DNA of 63,929 bases, filler included, from Choristocarpus tenellus KU-1152 (Eukaryota; Protista; Phaeophyceae): assembly GCA_964200185.2 (NCBI GenBank). It is 11 parts of 11 records of this genome, joined end to end, with 100 filler letters (N's around TTAATTAATTAA, not from the genome) between each part and the next. Parts side by side here need not be neighbours in the genome. Positions count along the whole stretch, not along the records: positions 1 to 7,702 come from CAXNAD020005726.1; positions 7,803 to 14,829 come from CAXNAD020006824.1; 9 more parts are not named here. One strand, 5' to 3'. Of the stretch, positions 1 to 12,422 are shown one piece after another. The notes under the pieces were generated by a model. That model searched no databases, had not been told where the DNA came from, and saw only the letters and a list, made by a program, of their open reading frames with translations. The position numbers and the translations under genes were made by a program. Each line of letters starts with the position of its first letter. Position 1 is the first letter of the stretch.

Positions 1-25
1 TAAAGTTATTTCTGTGTGAACTGCA

Positions 26-76
26 GACACCCTTGTGTAGACCCCCCCCCCCCCCCCCCCCCAGATACTTTGGGTC
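26..76. mobile_element. TIR element family A, one end only
   Basis: gacacccttgtgtagac-(C)n-agatactttg-ggtc, matching the terminus of the copies at 23485, 39219 and 40779. Confidence 0.8.
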
Positions 77-2055
77 TAAACACTTTCAGTGTGTTGAGAG
101 TCTTGAAAGTCTTAGCACTGCTTTTTCTAGGTGTTACACTGAGTACATTCCAAACACACAATACTAAGTATTTTTTATTAATAGCACTCCAGAGTACATA
201 GAGTAATATTGTTTCCAAGTACAGATACACAAGTCACATTTGGTACATTATAAATACTAGTATAAAGTATGATAACTCCAAGTAGGTACAAGAGTATACT
301 CTCTCACAAGGGTTAGGGTAATATCAGAAGGTGTGGCTTTGAGTTAAAGAGAACTGAGGGAGTAGACAAGATCATGCATGAGTTCAACGTATCAACTTGC
401 CTGTATAATATGACCAGTTCTGAATGATGCAGCAACCTTGTGTTGCAGCTGATGCTATGTAACAGTCAGGTGGATTTATTCCAATGTATTTTGCAGTCAG
501 ACATAGACACTACACACTGCCTGATCAGGTACAAACTGCCAAACCAAGGTTAAAAAAAAACAGTCAGCTAAGTAGCATAGGTGCCCTTTTGGTCGCCCCT
601 GCTTTCATACAAACTCTCCCCACCCCAAATTTGAGAGAAGACTCTCATATTGGTCTACGAAGATCCCATCCCTCCTGCTCCCACAACACAGTACTGTACT
701 TTGAACTATTGTATCAATTATATGTAACCCTAACCCTACTCAATACAAAACATCAGAAGCATGGCTTTGTGCAAGTGGAATCATCAACATCTTCTCTTTC
801 ATCACATGCACCAAACACTTGGATTCAATGTCAACACCCCCTCCCCTCCCCTCTCCTCCCCCAACTGGCCCACTCGCAAGAAACAAGACCTCAGGGCAAA
901 TCAGACCAACCTCACACTACAATTAGCAAATGAGACACTCTAATATACTGTACTTTGTAGTAAATAGTCCCTCACATCACATCACATCACATCACATCAG
1001 ACAACTTTAGTACGGAGTATGTTACAAACAATTTTACTTGGTGAGCCAGATCCCATTCCGTTCACTCAGCCAACAACGGTTCACTGTTCAATCTTTACTG
1101 TGTATATCACCAGTTGAACCAAGTACTAGTTGAACCAAGTACTAGTATTAATGGTACCAGATAACATCTACATGAATAGAAGGTGAGGGGAAGGATGATC
1201 AAACACAACAAGAATTAAGGGCTGTCCTTTGACTTGATCGTCCTCCCCACCACAAAGGCCTGTGTACCCATGAATTACATCAGACCTTCCCACCTCCACT
1301 TTCATTTGAAAAAGTTTCATCATAAGCCCCATAATAAAATGGCTGACTCATGCACTACACACCCCTTCCATCGATACTGTAAGTTGGGCAGGCCGTCAAT
1401 TCTCCAACCCTTTTGTGTTGTTAGTCACCAATCTCCAATCACCAAATACCAATCATCAATCACGTTTACCGTAATAGGCAATCACATCTAATATTAGATG
1501 ATTGAGGACTGCCACCAACCCTCGACCCACAAACATCAACAACAGCACTGGTGGTACTCAATACAGCAGGTTAGACAGACTGTAGTGGCTGTACTCATTG
1601 TGTCCCCCTTTGGCGTCTCCAATGTGACCTCATTCTGTGAGGAAGGAGATGCACCAATCAAGTTCTACTCAAATCAGATGGACAACCAAAAACTCACCAC
1701 CAGCATGATGGCTTGCCTGAATCATTGCATACATTGCATCGATTCCCTCTCACCATGCAAGTTGCTACTCCATTATCAGTGCAGCACTAACACACACACA
1801 GGTAGGTTACCTGCACATGTAAGGATTGAGATGCCCATCAACTGGAACAAGTCAACATATGGATACATCAACCCCTTCGGGTACACCTAAATGGGGATAA
1901 TTAGCAAAAGGATGGCACTCTAGTCAAGACATGTGACATGATGTGCTCATCCAACAGAGGGCTGTCTGTCGATCATCCCAGTACATTCCTCAGTAAGTGC
2001 CGCACCATTGTCCAGCACAAGCTGCTTGGTGAGCAGTGAATAGAGGTGAAGCCTC

Positions 2056-5000
2056 TCATGGCAAAAAACCAAGGACATCGTCCTCGTCCATGGAAGGCAT
2101 GGAGGGTGGAACAACACTGGTGAAGGAAAGGCTCAGGTCCAGCATTGTGGACAGGGTCTCCTGTTGTACGGTAGAGGACATTTCAGGTTGAAGAAATTGG
2201 TCAAGTTGTGTAGAAACAAAGCTCTCTTCTAATAATGACCTCTTTGAACCCCATGATTGTACCACTTCAACCTCTCGTACCTCTTTGAACAAATTCCTCG
2301 GAGGAAAACAAGTAACTACCACATTGCTAAATTTCTGTTGAGTCTAGGATTCTCTTGTTCTCCAAGCTAAAAGATACACCCTACAGTCAGTATTAATTCT
2401 ACATAACAGAAAGTTAGCACGAGCAAGCTCTCACAACACTAGTCTGCAAATCAGATCCGCTACCTTGGACCGATGTTCAAGAGTTACACCTTGAAAGAAG
2501 ACTTCTTCAAGAGTCACACCTTGAAAGAAAACAAGGGTATTTATACTCTGTGAAATGCAGAGTGTCAACAACATGCTTTCAATTCTTGTGTGGAGGAGAT
2601 CATGAAAAAAAACATCAGGTCATTGAGGAAGAGAAAATTGCATTCTGAAGAATAGAATATAAATTTGGGATAACGAACTAGATAGTGGAGAGTTCAGGAA
2701 TAGGAAACATAGTAGCAAGTAATCAATGATGACACATTAGCGATTAGAGATTTGTCATTCAAGGAATAAGACTGATTGGTAACAAGGGCACGCCCCCTTG
2801 GGGATGAATGAAGGCCCACTCCTTTCTCCTTCCTTACTTCATCTACATCCTGTCCAACCTAGCAAGGTTTTAATCAACGCATATATTTGCACATATATTG
2901 GGAAATAACAGTTTCTTCACCAAAGAGGCGTGTACATAACAAAAAACAAAAGGGCAAGTACAGTACAGGAAGATTGCCTAGCTTGCTCCAAATGTGCACC
3001 TGTGAGTCATCAAGCCACAGCCCAGGTACAACAATCCCTTCACCACCTTCCTCTGTCAATGCGCCAGGTGAGGCATCTTCGCTGGGTAAATGGACTGATG
3101 AAGGTGGTTTGCCTGCCATGACATGTTCACTAGTGACATGTTCACCAGTACCCAGAGGATGGGCATGTGTGCCCTCTCCTACAGGCAACGACATTGTTCG
3201 TCTGTCCAGAAGGTACAAATTAAAGTACAAAATAAGGTACAATATAGGGTACAATATAATCATCCACAGAGCAACATGAGGGTGATTGGTTAAGCAAAGA
3301 ATGTGTTTGATTGTTTTCACCTGTAAAATTTCATCAAGATGTGATGCAGTGGAACAACCACATAGGTAGTTCACATAGGTAGTTCACATAGGTAGTTCAC
3401 ATAGGTAATTCACATAGGTAATTCACATAGGTAGTTCACATAGGTAACTCACATAGGTAATTCACATAGGTAGTTCACATAGGTAGTTCACATAGGTAAT
3501 TCACATAGGTAATTCAAACAGACTCTCACCTTCGCTTTGTTAGGTGAAAACTGCCCATTGGGTCACGGTCAACAAGGTCATTCTTCACCAGGCAGTGGTT
3601 CCCCATTCCCTGTCGTTCCATGACAAGGACGTTCCACAGACATGTGAGCATGGACCGCTTCCTACAAAACAATGCTTGACCTGCCTTGTTTTTTAAAGAC
3701 TTTTTGGGTGTTTAGGAGTGTGCCAACCATAGCTTTCATTTCACCTCAGTACAAACAACAAAGTATATGGATCAACAACAACCTTTTCTTCCTGGTTAAC
3801 ATTATAGATGAAAGTAGCTTCAGTGCAATGTTCAGAAGAAAAGTATTACAATATACACCTCACCTCTCTGTGCATGTTGCCACTGTCACTAAATTCGACA
3901 ACATCCAAATCGTTCGTCACCGAAACCTCAGTGTCACTGCTATCACTCCATGACTCTGACATGGACAACACAAAACCACCTGCATGCATCATGTTTCAGA
4001 ACGCACAGGACATAAGAGTCAGTCCCACTCTCAAATATCAAACAATAACCACTTCTAAGTACCTTTGTGTCCCCCCTTGTAATCATCCTTCCACCAACAA
4101 ATTTTGACTTCCTGAGCCCAATGAGCACTCTTGCTCAAGCCAACCAAGCTAGTAGAACTGCACACCCCTTGTGATCCTAAGCAGTGTGGCAGTACTACAG
4201 TGCCAACAACTGCAACAACGACTGTCAATAGCTCATCACCAGCACTTGCAAGTGCAACATATTATTAATATTAACAGTACTGCACCATCTTCTCACCAGG
4301 TGCTGCCATGGAACTCTGGTCTACAAACCAGCGGAAGGCGTTGTCTGCACCCCTTGATGACTCAAATGTGGTTTGAGGTTTGTGGCACCACACTGGGGCC
4401 AGCTGTGGCATCTGGGACAAGTCACTCAAAGAGCCAACTGGCTTGGCAGTGCTGTGTGCTGGAAATGAAGCAAAGCTGCACAGTGTGAAAGAGTTGCGGG
4501 TTGGGAAGGGATTCATCAAACATACTTCTAACGTGTGCTACTGTAATATGGTTGTTGTCAATTGCAGATACGCTAAAGCACTACGACTAAATTAGTTGTC
4601 CATCATATATTCAATAGAATTGGTTGGATAGTGATTTGTTTAACATATTCACCTGCCTTACAGTTGATCTCTTTCTCCTTCCAACACCAGAAAAAATAAC
4701 CAACTCAAGGAACAAGAATGTGCTGGATGCATGGAGGAGGGTTGATAATCCTCACGTGATGTCTGCCACCGAGGTAGGGCTGATCCCTCTATCTAATGCT
4801 GCATTTGCTGCCACAGGACCCTTGGCAACGCCTTCCATGGAGAGACTGAGGTTGGATCCCTGTGCAACAAGGTCATATCAGGTAGACAAGTATGAGAAGT
4901 TTGGATAGACTCAAAGTCGCAGTAGCAAGCATATCACAGTTGCTCAATACCATGGATGGAAAAGGTGAGGGAAGGACAATCTAGATTGGTCTTGTACTCC

Positions 5001-7043
5001 ATTAGCAGTATAGTATCCCAACAGGAGCGATACCTGGCGCATCTTAGAGCAAGAAATTACCAATAACATTTGTTGGTGCTTCAAGGTGTGGGCATGGGTA
5101 CTTGTCTCACACAATAAGCACTCACCAATCTTCCCTCGGTTCTTGTTCGTTTGATCCCAGCACATGCAAATGCAGCCTTTGCTGCATCCCATGCCCTAGC
5201 CCTGGCCTCTGCTGCACCTCCTTCCTTTGAAATAGCACTCTTTCCCGAAGGTTTTGGTAACAACATCCTCCCTCCTTCTGATATATCCACCCTCTCGCCA
5301 CGTTCCTCAGCCTCCTCATCCAATTCTAACAACTGTAGTACAGAGTTGGTCCCGAGTGCACAGGACGTTGCAATCAAGCATTGGTAGTGACAAGTTGATC
5401 ACAAAGGCAACCTGCAGCAATTAATATTACCAATGGCTGTAGTTTCTGCTGTCTGCCAAATGACTGCACTACCAGACATCAAACTAGTATATAAGGAGCT
5501 GCATGGTGACAATAGAGACAAAAGAGGGAATATATCCCTAAGTACTCAGTGCTGGTTGCACCTATAACCAGTTACAACCAGTAGAAAGTACCTTGTCCAA
5601 TCTGCTCTCTGTATCATCTTCCTCTCTTTCCCCAGCACCCCCACGGTCCTCCTGTTCCTCCTCCTCCCCATCCTCCTCCTCCACTACTTCATCATGGCCT
5701 TCCTTGTGACCCTCTCCCTCTTCTTGATCCTCCAGCTCCTCATTCTCTGATCCCTCATACGATCTCCCATCGATACTTTCAATATCACTTGAGCTTCCAT
5801 CCCTACACGATTGTGCAAAGGCATAGCATCAATCCATTTTACCATTTTTCCCGTACAAGACAGAGCCTAATTATTTTTGGAGTGGTTCAGTACAATGACT
5901 TCTCACGGTATTGGGTGTGTGTGATCAACGTGTGTACATCACTGTAGCCCAAGGGTTGTATACTACTGAAATGGAGAGATGCCATGATTGTGGGAAGGAC
6001 AGGTTTCAGGCGAAAGGTTATGGCTATGCTATTGTTTCAATATGATGGACAAGTAGATATTTTTGGTGGTTTAAAAAACGCTTTTGATCTTATGTCCCCT
6101 GGTTCTACACAGAATATAGAATCCTACCCTGTGCTAATGTGCTCATAATATCTCACCTCCTCTTACTGCTACGGAGGATTCGGCGGTTACGTAAGCTGCT
6201 TAGCCTGCTCCCAATGTTTTCATTCCCAAATGGCACACTGCTACTACGAAGGTTCCTGCAAATAAGTAAGACAGGGAAGGAGAGGATTGCATATTGAAGA
6301 TTGGAGGAAGAGTCAACACTGGCAACCAGTTACATACCTTGGCGGAGCTTTACCCAGGATACGATACTTTCACAGACAAAAGTGCAACTAGTCTCACCTT
6401 GTAGATGTACCAAGTGCTGCTGGGCGCATCTTTCCCTCGTCCATGGTACTCATGAGGGTTGAGGGATCGAGCGAAGAAACACCACTGGCCTGTGCCTTTT
6501 GCAGTTTCTGAAAGTACTTCTGGGCATGAGTTCTGCGAGTCAGTACAACCATAGAGGTAGGGATGTCCTGGGAATTAGCCTAATAGGGTCGTTGTCGATA
6601 CTTAGGCCGGAAGATTGTATATTAGATTGATGTATGCAGCTCAAGGGCAGACTGTTCATGAACACACCTTATCTGCACAACAGTGCGCGTTTGAATGAGT
6701 GTGGCGATCATCTTCCATCCCTTGCCATACTGCTCGAGACCCTCCAGAAAAAGTCGATGCTCATCGAATGTCCACCGCCCTGGTGTCATTTCAATGCAGC
6801 ACACGTTTGGTTCATTCATCTTTTTATTCAGCTTTATCCCACACAAGGAATGGCGCGAACGGCCTGGGCACAATATCTCTGAAATGTAGGTAGACAAAGC
6901 ATCACAGCAAGGGTTGGTTAAGTTGGGGGTTTGACACAGTCACTGCAGCTACTGTAGTTCACGCGTGACTCGCCTGTATTCTCTTTCCCGGGAGGACATA
7001 TGCCTTCCTCCTCGTAGATGTCACATCCGTCCGAGGGAGACAT
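2056..7043 (-). CDS. MYB-like SHAQKYF-class transcription factor, multi-exon (about 12 exons)
   Basis: Phase-consistent exons 6974-7043, 6668-6779, 6398-6532, 6157-6255, 5592-5802, 5126-5332, 4756-4859, 4297-4475. Further exons lie near 3860-3979, 3530-3662, 3000-3200 and 2056-2345, with less certain boundaries. The spliced domain reads GKENTGRWTFDEHRLFLEGLEQYGKGWKMIATLIQTRTVVQIRTHAQKYFQKL, followed by an acidic low-complexity region. Confidence 0.9.
3359..3515. repeat. 13-bp minisatellite, CACATAGGTA(G/A)TT x about 12, intronic
   Basis: Directly visible tandem array inside a MYB intron. Confidence 0.95.
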
Positions 7044-7702
7044 ACCTGAAATCGACAATATACCAGCGAAAACGCGATGGCATATGGGCAGCCCAGAGAA
7101 GTAATGAGTCAAAGATCATGGTATCCATGAGATACCATGCCCAGTCACCCTTTAACGATGGAGGACATGGGGATATTTTCGAATTCAACGAGTTGCCCTC
7201 TCCTGCTATGCTATGGACAACTAGTCCAGTTCGCCACTCTATTCATCGTCATGCCGCCACCACCGTAGGTACGAGACTCGCGTTTCGACAGGTATGGTGC
7301 ATGATGAACGGCATGACCCCAACGGCAACTATCACCCTTCAGTACATGGTGATCTCGAAGACCCAAGACACATCCAAGACTAGCGCCAAATGATCATTAC
7401 CTATGAACTGATGTGGCGGACTCCGTGTCGTGAGAAATCGTAGATCTAGTTAGAGTTGTTTCTGCGGTGGGTATCACGCAAAAGCCACGAGGCGGGGGGG
7501 GGGTAGATACCGTTGTGCCTTCCCTCCGTTAGAGCAGTCGACAATTGTCAACGCAACTGTGGGTGGTCTTCGAATACGCTTCGTCCAGGGACTCTGTCTT
7601 CGTGTTGCGCAAATCAGACTTTTCTTGCTGCGCCAGCTGTCTTTCGCGCGCCCCCCACCCCCCTCACACCTTTCCGCGCAACTGCCCCTGGTTCAGCTCC
7701 CC

Positions 7703-7802
7703 NNNNNNNNNNNNNNNNNNNNNNNNNNNNNNNNNNNNNNNNNNNNTTAATTAATTAANNNNNNNNNNNNNNNNNNNNNNNNNNNNNNNNNNNNNNNNNN
7801 NN
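7703..7802. other. Artificial contig linker. Also at 14830-14929, 23385-23484, 33394-33493, 36517-36616, 39404-39503, 46250-46349, 52232-52331, 55260-55359 and 60280-60379
   Basis: Identical 44N-TTAATTAATTAA-44N spacer with stop codons in all six frames. Confidence 0.99.
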
Positions 7803-8244
7803 GTATGGTAGCATGACTCAGGAAGAAAGGAACTTTTCGCGAGAAATTTTTACGCGCGCGCCAAACTTGCGTGAATATCTCTGGGATTTTGTGCCAAATC
7901 GCATGACGATAATTCCGGTACAAAAGCCTATTTTTTTGAGCATGTCGAAAAAAGCGGTACAAAATTGCATATCTTTCGATTTGGTTCATAATTTTTGGGC
8001 CCAAAATAGGGGTACCTACCTACTGTAACCATATTCGCTCTGTGTCTATTTGCAGATAAATAGGGTCTATCATCAGAACCTTTTCCATATACACACAGAT
8101 TTGGCATCTAAACATTGTTTTTGAACACTGACCAATCAACACTCAAATGTTTGCAGATCAATGCTCGCAAAATGTCAGAGGGCATAATGATGAAATAAGC
8201 GTTCACCCTAAAAACAATCTGCGCATCCCGAAAGTTAATTGGTG

Positions 8245-8556
8245 GAAATGTAAGAGGCATCTTCCACAGAAGGTATACCCTGAAGGTGACCTATCTTGAA
8301 CATCATGATATTCATATGACATTTGTTTTTGCATGTCGAAGGTAACAACATCTGCTTGAAGTAAGATTGGATGGTTTGGAGTGACTTTACCAAAAGCCCC
8401 CTCCCTCACTTTTCCACTTTTTCACTCTTTTCCTGAGTGATCTTCTGAGGGATTGCTCTCCCTCTTTGACATTGTCTCTATTTGATCTATCCTCCTGTGG
8501 GTCTTCCTGCTCCCCTTCATTTCGAAGAACCTGTCGGCTTGTTTCCACCTGTTTCA
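8245..8556 (-). repeat. Dispersed repeat, probable 3' UTR/PPT/LTR start of an LTR retroelement; homologous to 62780-63075
   Basis: Its reverse complement shares gagggagagcaatccctcagaagatca, ttacttcaagcagatgtt and taggtcacctt with 62780-63075. Confidence 0.75.
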
Positions 8557-8646
8557 CAGAAATCATAACATATATCACCGCATCGCTTCCATATGTATGT
8601 AGTATATTATGGTTCTAGACAAAAGTTTTCTTATTGATAACACCTC

Positions 8647-8980
8647 TGCAAAAGCTATTCTAATAGAGTCTTTGCATTATGTGGTATGGATGTATTTATT
8701 AGCGGAGTGAGCACTACCCTCGAGGTGGGGGGGGTGCTCTCCCTTATTATCCAAAGCGTACTTCAGCAAGCATGTCAGAAATGTGCCTGTGTCAGTTACA
8801 CTACGCCAGCTACTTATATCAGACATATATATGAGATCAATCCACCGAGACTCAAATCTATTACTCTAGGCATACGGAACCAAGTCCTTGACACTTACTT
8901 CACTCAGTCAATACTTCTGTTGTATATTACTGGTCACTAAGCACATGAGAACCTATTGACTACCTAGCCTATATTGCACA
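8647..8980 (-). repeat. 3' LTR of the Copia element (334 bp)
   Basis: On the + strand it starts tgcaaaagctattctaatagagtctttgca and ends tacctagcctatattgcaca; both ends are repeated at 12361-12422. Confidence 0.9.
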
Positions 8981-9018
8981 CTCCCCCATGAGCGTGCAGC
9001 AAAGGTGCTGACTAAAGC

Positions 9019-9804
9019 TCACTCTCGACTCGAAAGCACGGGATGCACAAAATCAGAGATAAGATACTTGCGTAAAGACTTGGTTAACACGTCTGCCAAT
9101 TGCTTGCGTTTTGGAATGTATTCAATGTGAAATATTCCCCGATCTATATACTCTCTAGTGCATTTCAACTTCATATCTACGTGCTTGGTCCTGCCATTGA
9201 AGCCTGTGATGCTTCCCGCTTGGATAGCACAACGGTTGTCGCAAGACCAGGGAGTCTGATCCTGCAGTATGCTGATCTCCCCCAGAATACCTCGAATGAA
9301 AATGCAGTGGCGCATGCCATATGCCATTACTGTCCATTCTGCCTTGACGGTGCGGCCGTCCGGAAGATCCAGCCAGATGTCCTCCTGCAGATCTGCATTG
9401 AGGTAAGCTTTTGTGAAGTTCTGGGCGTCTATGTTCCAACCTCTGTAGGCTGCGACTGATATGACACATTGTAGTGTGTCGTATCCCACCACCGGGCTGA
9501 AGGTTTCAAAGAAATCTACTCCTGCGTTTTGGGTGAATCCACGGGCCACTAGTCTTGCCTTATATTGTTCCACTGACCCGTCTGCTAAGCGCTTGATCTT
9601 GAAAACAAATGTTGTCTTAATTGCTTTCCTCCCTTGGGGCAGGGACTTGTCAGTAAAAGTCCCCTTCGGCCATAACCCTGACATTTCCTTTTCCATTGCC
9701 TCTTGCCATTGCTCTGCATCTGGCCCACTCAAGGCCGCCTGGGCTGTGGATGGCTCACCTGCACCTGTTGTTACTTCCCCCGTGAGACCCATAAGGCAGT
9801 ACAC
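9019..9804 (-). pseudogene. Copia pol remnant: RT N-terminus fused to RNase H C-terminus
   Basis: RVT_2-type motifs WQEAMEKEM, FVFKIKR, YKARLVARGFTQ..GVDFFETFSPV and AYLNADLQEDIW, then directly the RNase H motifs AEW, CDN and RTKHVD...QLADVLTK. No YVDD motif. Confidence 0.9.
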
Positions 9805-10139
9805 GTTGTCATTTTTTGCTGCATGAGGGTTGACACTAAGTGGTTCATGTCTGTTTCTTCATCTTCTTCCAGGTCGCATAGTTGTGATATGTACGCCACC
9901 CGCTGGCACTGCTCCAACCTGGCAGATTTCCGTCGCTTGGCTGCCATCTGCGCAGCCCTACCCATGCGTTGGCGTTGTCCCATCCTGGGAGAAGTATCTT
10001 GGCTTTGATGGGTCGCTTTGCATCTTGAGCCCTATGCCCAATGTTTTGGCTCTCACTCCCAATTTCACTCCCTGTTGTGGAAGTCTCTTCTTCGTCTTTC
10101 ATGTCGTCGTTGAGCTCAGACTCCCCCAGGCTTGAAGCC

Positions 10140-10370
10140 TATCATAATTGAATGTATGTACATTCTCTCATTGAGTGAAGTCCTGTGCCACCAACCTGGC
10201 CTTGAACTGTTCAGTGGTCCCCTCAGCTGTTGGCTTTGTCTTATAATTTAGACTTAGTGTTGACAGGATTTCTTCCCCATGTCAAAACCTTTCCCTCTAT
10301 GAATGTTCCTTTCGTCCATAGTTGCTCCATCTTCTCCATTGCTGATTGCTTAAGGTCATAGATGGCCATG
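10140..10370 (-). pseudogene. Second, degraded Copia RT N-terminal fragment
   Basis: Frameshifted translation gives QSAMEKMEQLWTKGTF ... GRNPVNTK ... AEGTTEQFKARLVAQDFTQ. Confidence 0.7.
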
Positions 10371-11236
10371 ACAGCTTTTACAATAGATCCATTGTGCAGT
10401 TGTAGCATATTCCTTCGAAAGAACCAAGGACCAATACGCTTGATCAGTCAACAGTTTAAACTTCTTCTGTTGGTCTTGATCTCGTATCTGGTAGGGGATC
10501 CTGTTGTGATATGGTCCGTACATTGACGAGTTGCACCTTGGCCGCCTCCTCCGCTGACCTTCTCTGTTTTCTCTTCCATGAGTTTATGGTCCCAGCGGCT
10601 AGAGTGCTCCCAGGCTCCCCGAGGTTAGCTCCTCCTTTCCTTTCTGGTGGAGGCTTAGTTACTGCTCCTGCTAATGTCCTGCTCCCCTAGTGGCAGGTAC
10701 AGCAATTGATTTTATCATTCCGTAAGCAAGAATCTTGGGGTCTACAATTGATGGGCATGCCTCCCTTCAGGGACAAGTGTTGTGACGACTGCTCCTCCTC
10801 CTAGACTTCCAGTTCTTGCTCGTTATTGATTGTACCATATCCCATGTCTCCTTAGCCTCCAGCTGCCCATTTGTGTCGAAGGTGCAGGTCCACGTTGTTG
10901 GGATGACGATGATGATACTATTGCCCGTTTCAGCTTCCTGTAGCTTATATCGGGTCTTGTGATGAGCTGCACGGGGACCTCGTCCTCCGCACGTCCTCTG
11001 TTGAGCTGCACGGGGATCTTGTCCTCCCCCACAGACACATCTGTGCAAATACCTGCGGTATGCTGTCCCTGATGCCGATAATCAGAGCTCCTTTCTTGGC
11101 ATGATCTTCCTAGGCTGCCTCCAGCTGCTCGTACTCTATCCAGATATGATCGAGGCAAATTACGAAGTCGGCAGCGTCCTCCAGGGACACGTGTCCCGCG
11201 GAGCAAAGCTGTATCCTGTGGAGAGCAAAGCTGTGT

Positions 11237-11915
11237 GAGTGGAAGTATCTTGGAGGGTAAGTGTTTTGCCCCCCCTGATTGTAATCCGTTTGGGGCTTGG
11301 CTTCCCACGGGTTGATTAAGACAGATTTTATCCACTACCCTGAAATGGTACAGGCGAATAGCATGTCTACCTTTTCGCATTCCAACCAGTGTGAGTAGCC
11401 TTGTTATGACATTCAACTATCTCATGTGGTTTTTAGACATTTTTGTTTGTATTTGAGACATGATTCCTGTCTCCTATTGTTTGTGTTTCTAGTTACGAAG
11501 GGGAAAGAGTCTATGACAACACCCTATTTCAGTACTATTGTAATTTTGCATCCATATTCATTTGTGTTCATATTTGTGAGGAGTCATGGTCTTACCATGT
11601 CTCACTCCCCATTTTTCTTAGCCTTTTGGTTGTATGTTCTTTGTTCGTGGGTAGAGCAAGCCTTTACATGGCAGGACCTTGTTTTTATTTGTGACTGTGA
11701 GATATCTTGGTGCCCTATTATTTGTGTTTATAGCTGTGAAGGGGGGACAGTCTAGGCAGTACCCTATTTCAGTGCTATTATAATTTTGTGCCCGTATTCA
11801 TTTTTGCTGATAGTTGCGAAGAGGGAGAGACTTGCTGAGATGTTCTCTATAGTTATTTTTTATTAAAAAGATGTTTGAATTTTTTGGTCTATATTCATAG
11901 TTCCTAGCAATGGTA
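11237..11915. mobile_element. Nested AT-rich insertion in gag, with one family-B-like TIR
   Basis: Starts gagtggaagtatcttggagggta (compare gagtcaaagcatcttagagggta). Contains a direct repeat at 11521/11761. gag-like sequence resumes below 11200 (DAADFVICLDHIWIEYEQLE). No second TIR seen. Confidence 0.55.
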
Positions 11916-12339
11916 AGCCTTCAACTGAGGAGCAGTACATGTCGCGCAATTTCATCTCTAGAGCTATGAGCTGCATGGGCCGCTGATCCGCAGCTCGCCC
12001 CCCATATATCTGCTCTAATTCAAGCCAGGCTGCCCTCCCGTCGGGGCTGCCGTTATTCTCGTGCGTGCTGACCACCATAGCTGCAGCTCCCCTCGTGGCC
12101 TGGCCCAACAGGAACCATAAGGCCTCATGATGCTTGACGTGCTCCTCGTACGTGCTGCGTTCCTCAAACTGTGTATCAGCCGTGGGAGGTGCAGGAATGC
12201 GGTATTCTGGTTGGAGGATCCGGTACAGTCCCTTGACGCCCGCATAGCTCACCAGCTCCATCCGCCATTCCGCCCACTTCTCCTGTGTATGCCCCCGCGC
12301 TCCACTCCATAGTGGCAGCTTACGGGGGTCCGCTTCCAT
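11916..12339 (-). pseudogene. Copia gag N-terminal part, interrupted
   Basis: ATG 21 nt after the 5' LTR. The pattern W..WRMEL.SY...KGL...L and DGRAAWLELEQIY is typical of Copia gag. Confidence 0.8.
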
Positions 12340-12360
12340 ACTAATGAGTCTAATAACCTA

Positions 12361-12422
12361 TGCAAAAGAGAGCTATTCTAATAGAGTCTTTGCACTATAG
12401 ATTACCTAGCCTATATTGCACA
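12361..12422 (-). repeat. 5' LTR, internally deleted to 62 bp
   Basis: Contains only the first ~38 and last ~24 nt (+ strand) of the 334-bp LTR, and is followed by the TSD. Confidence 0.88.

Larger units (their letters stand above)
8647..12422 (-). mobile_element. Non-autonomous, deleted Ty1/Copia LTR retrotransposon
   Basis: TG...CA LTRs at 8647-8980 and 12361-12422. 5-bp TSD ACCTC at 8642-8646 and 12423-12427. PPT ATGGGGGAG abuts the 3' LTR and a GGTTAT-type PBS lies at about 12347-12360. gag and RT/RNase H remnants are inside. Confidence 0.93.

Noticed and set aside
7747-7758. TTAATTAATTAA as a biological motif
   Set aside because: It always sits in the middle of a fixed 100-bp N spacer, so it is an artificial linker.
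8387-8549. Terminal exon of a host gene (QVETSRQVLR...GGGFW*)
   Set aside because: The same sequence recurs at 62780-62940 as part of a dispersed repeat.
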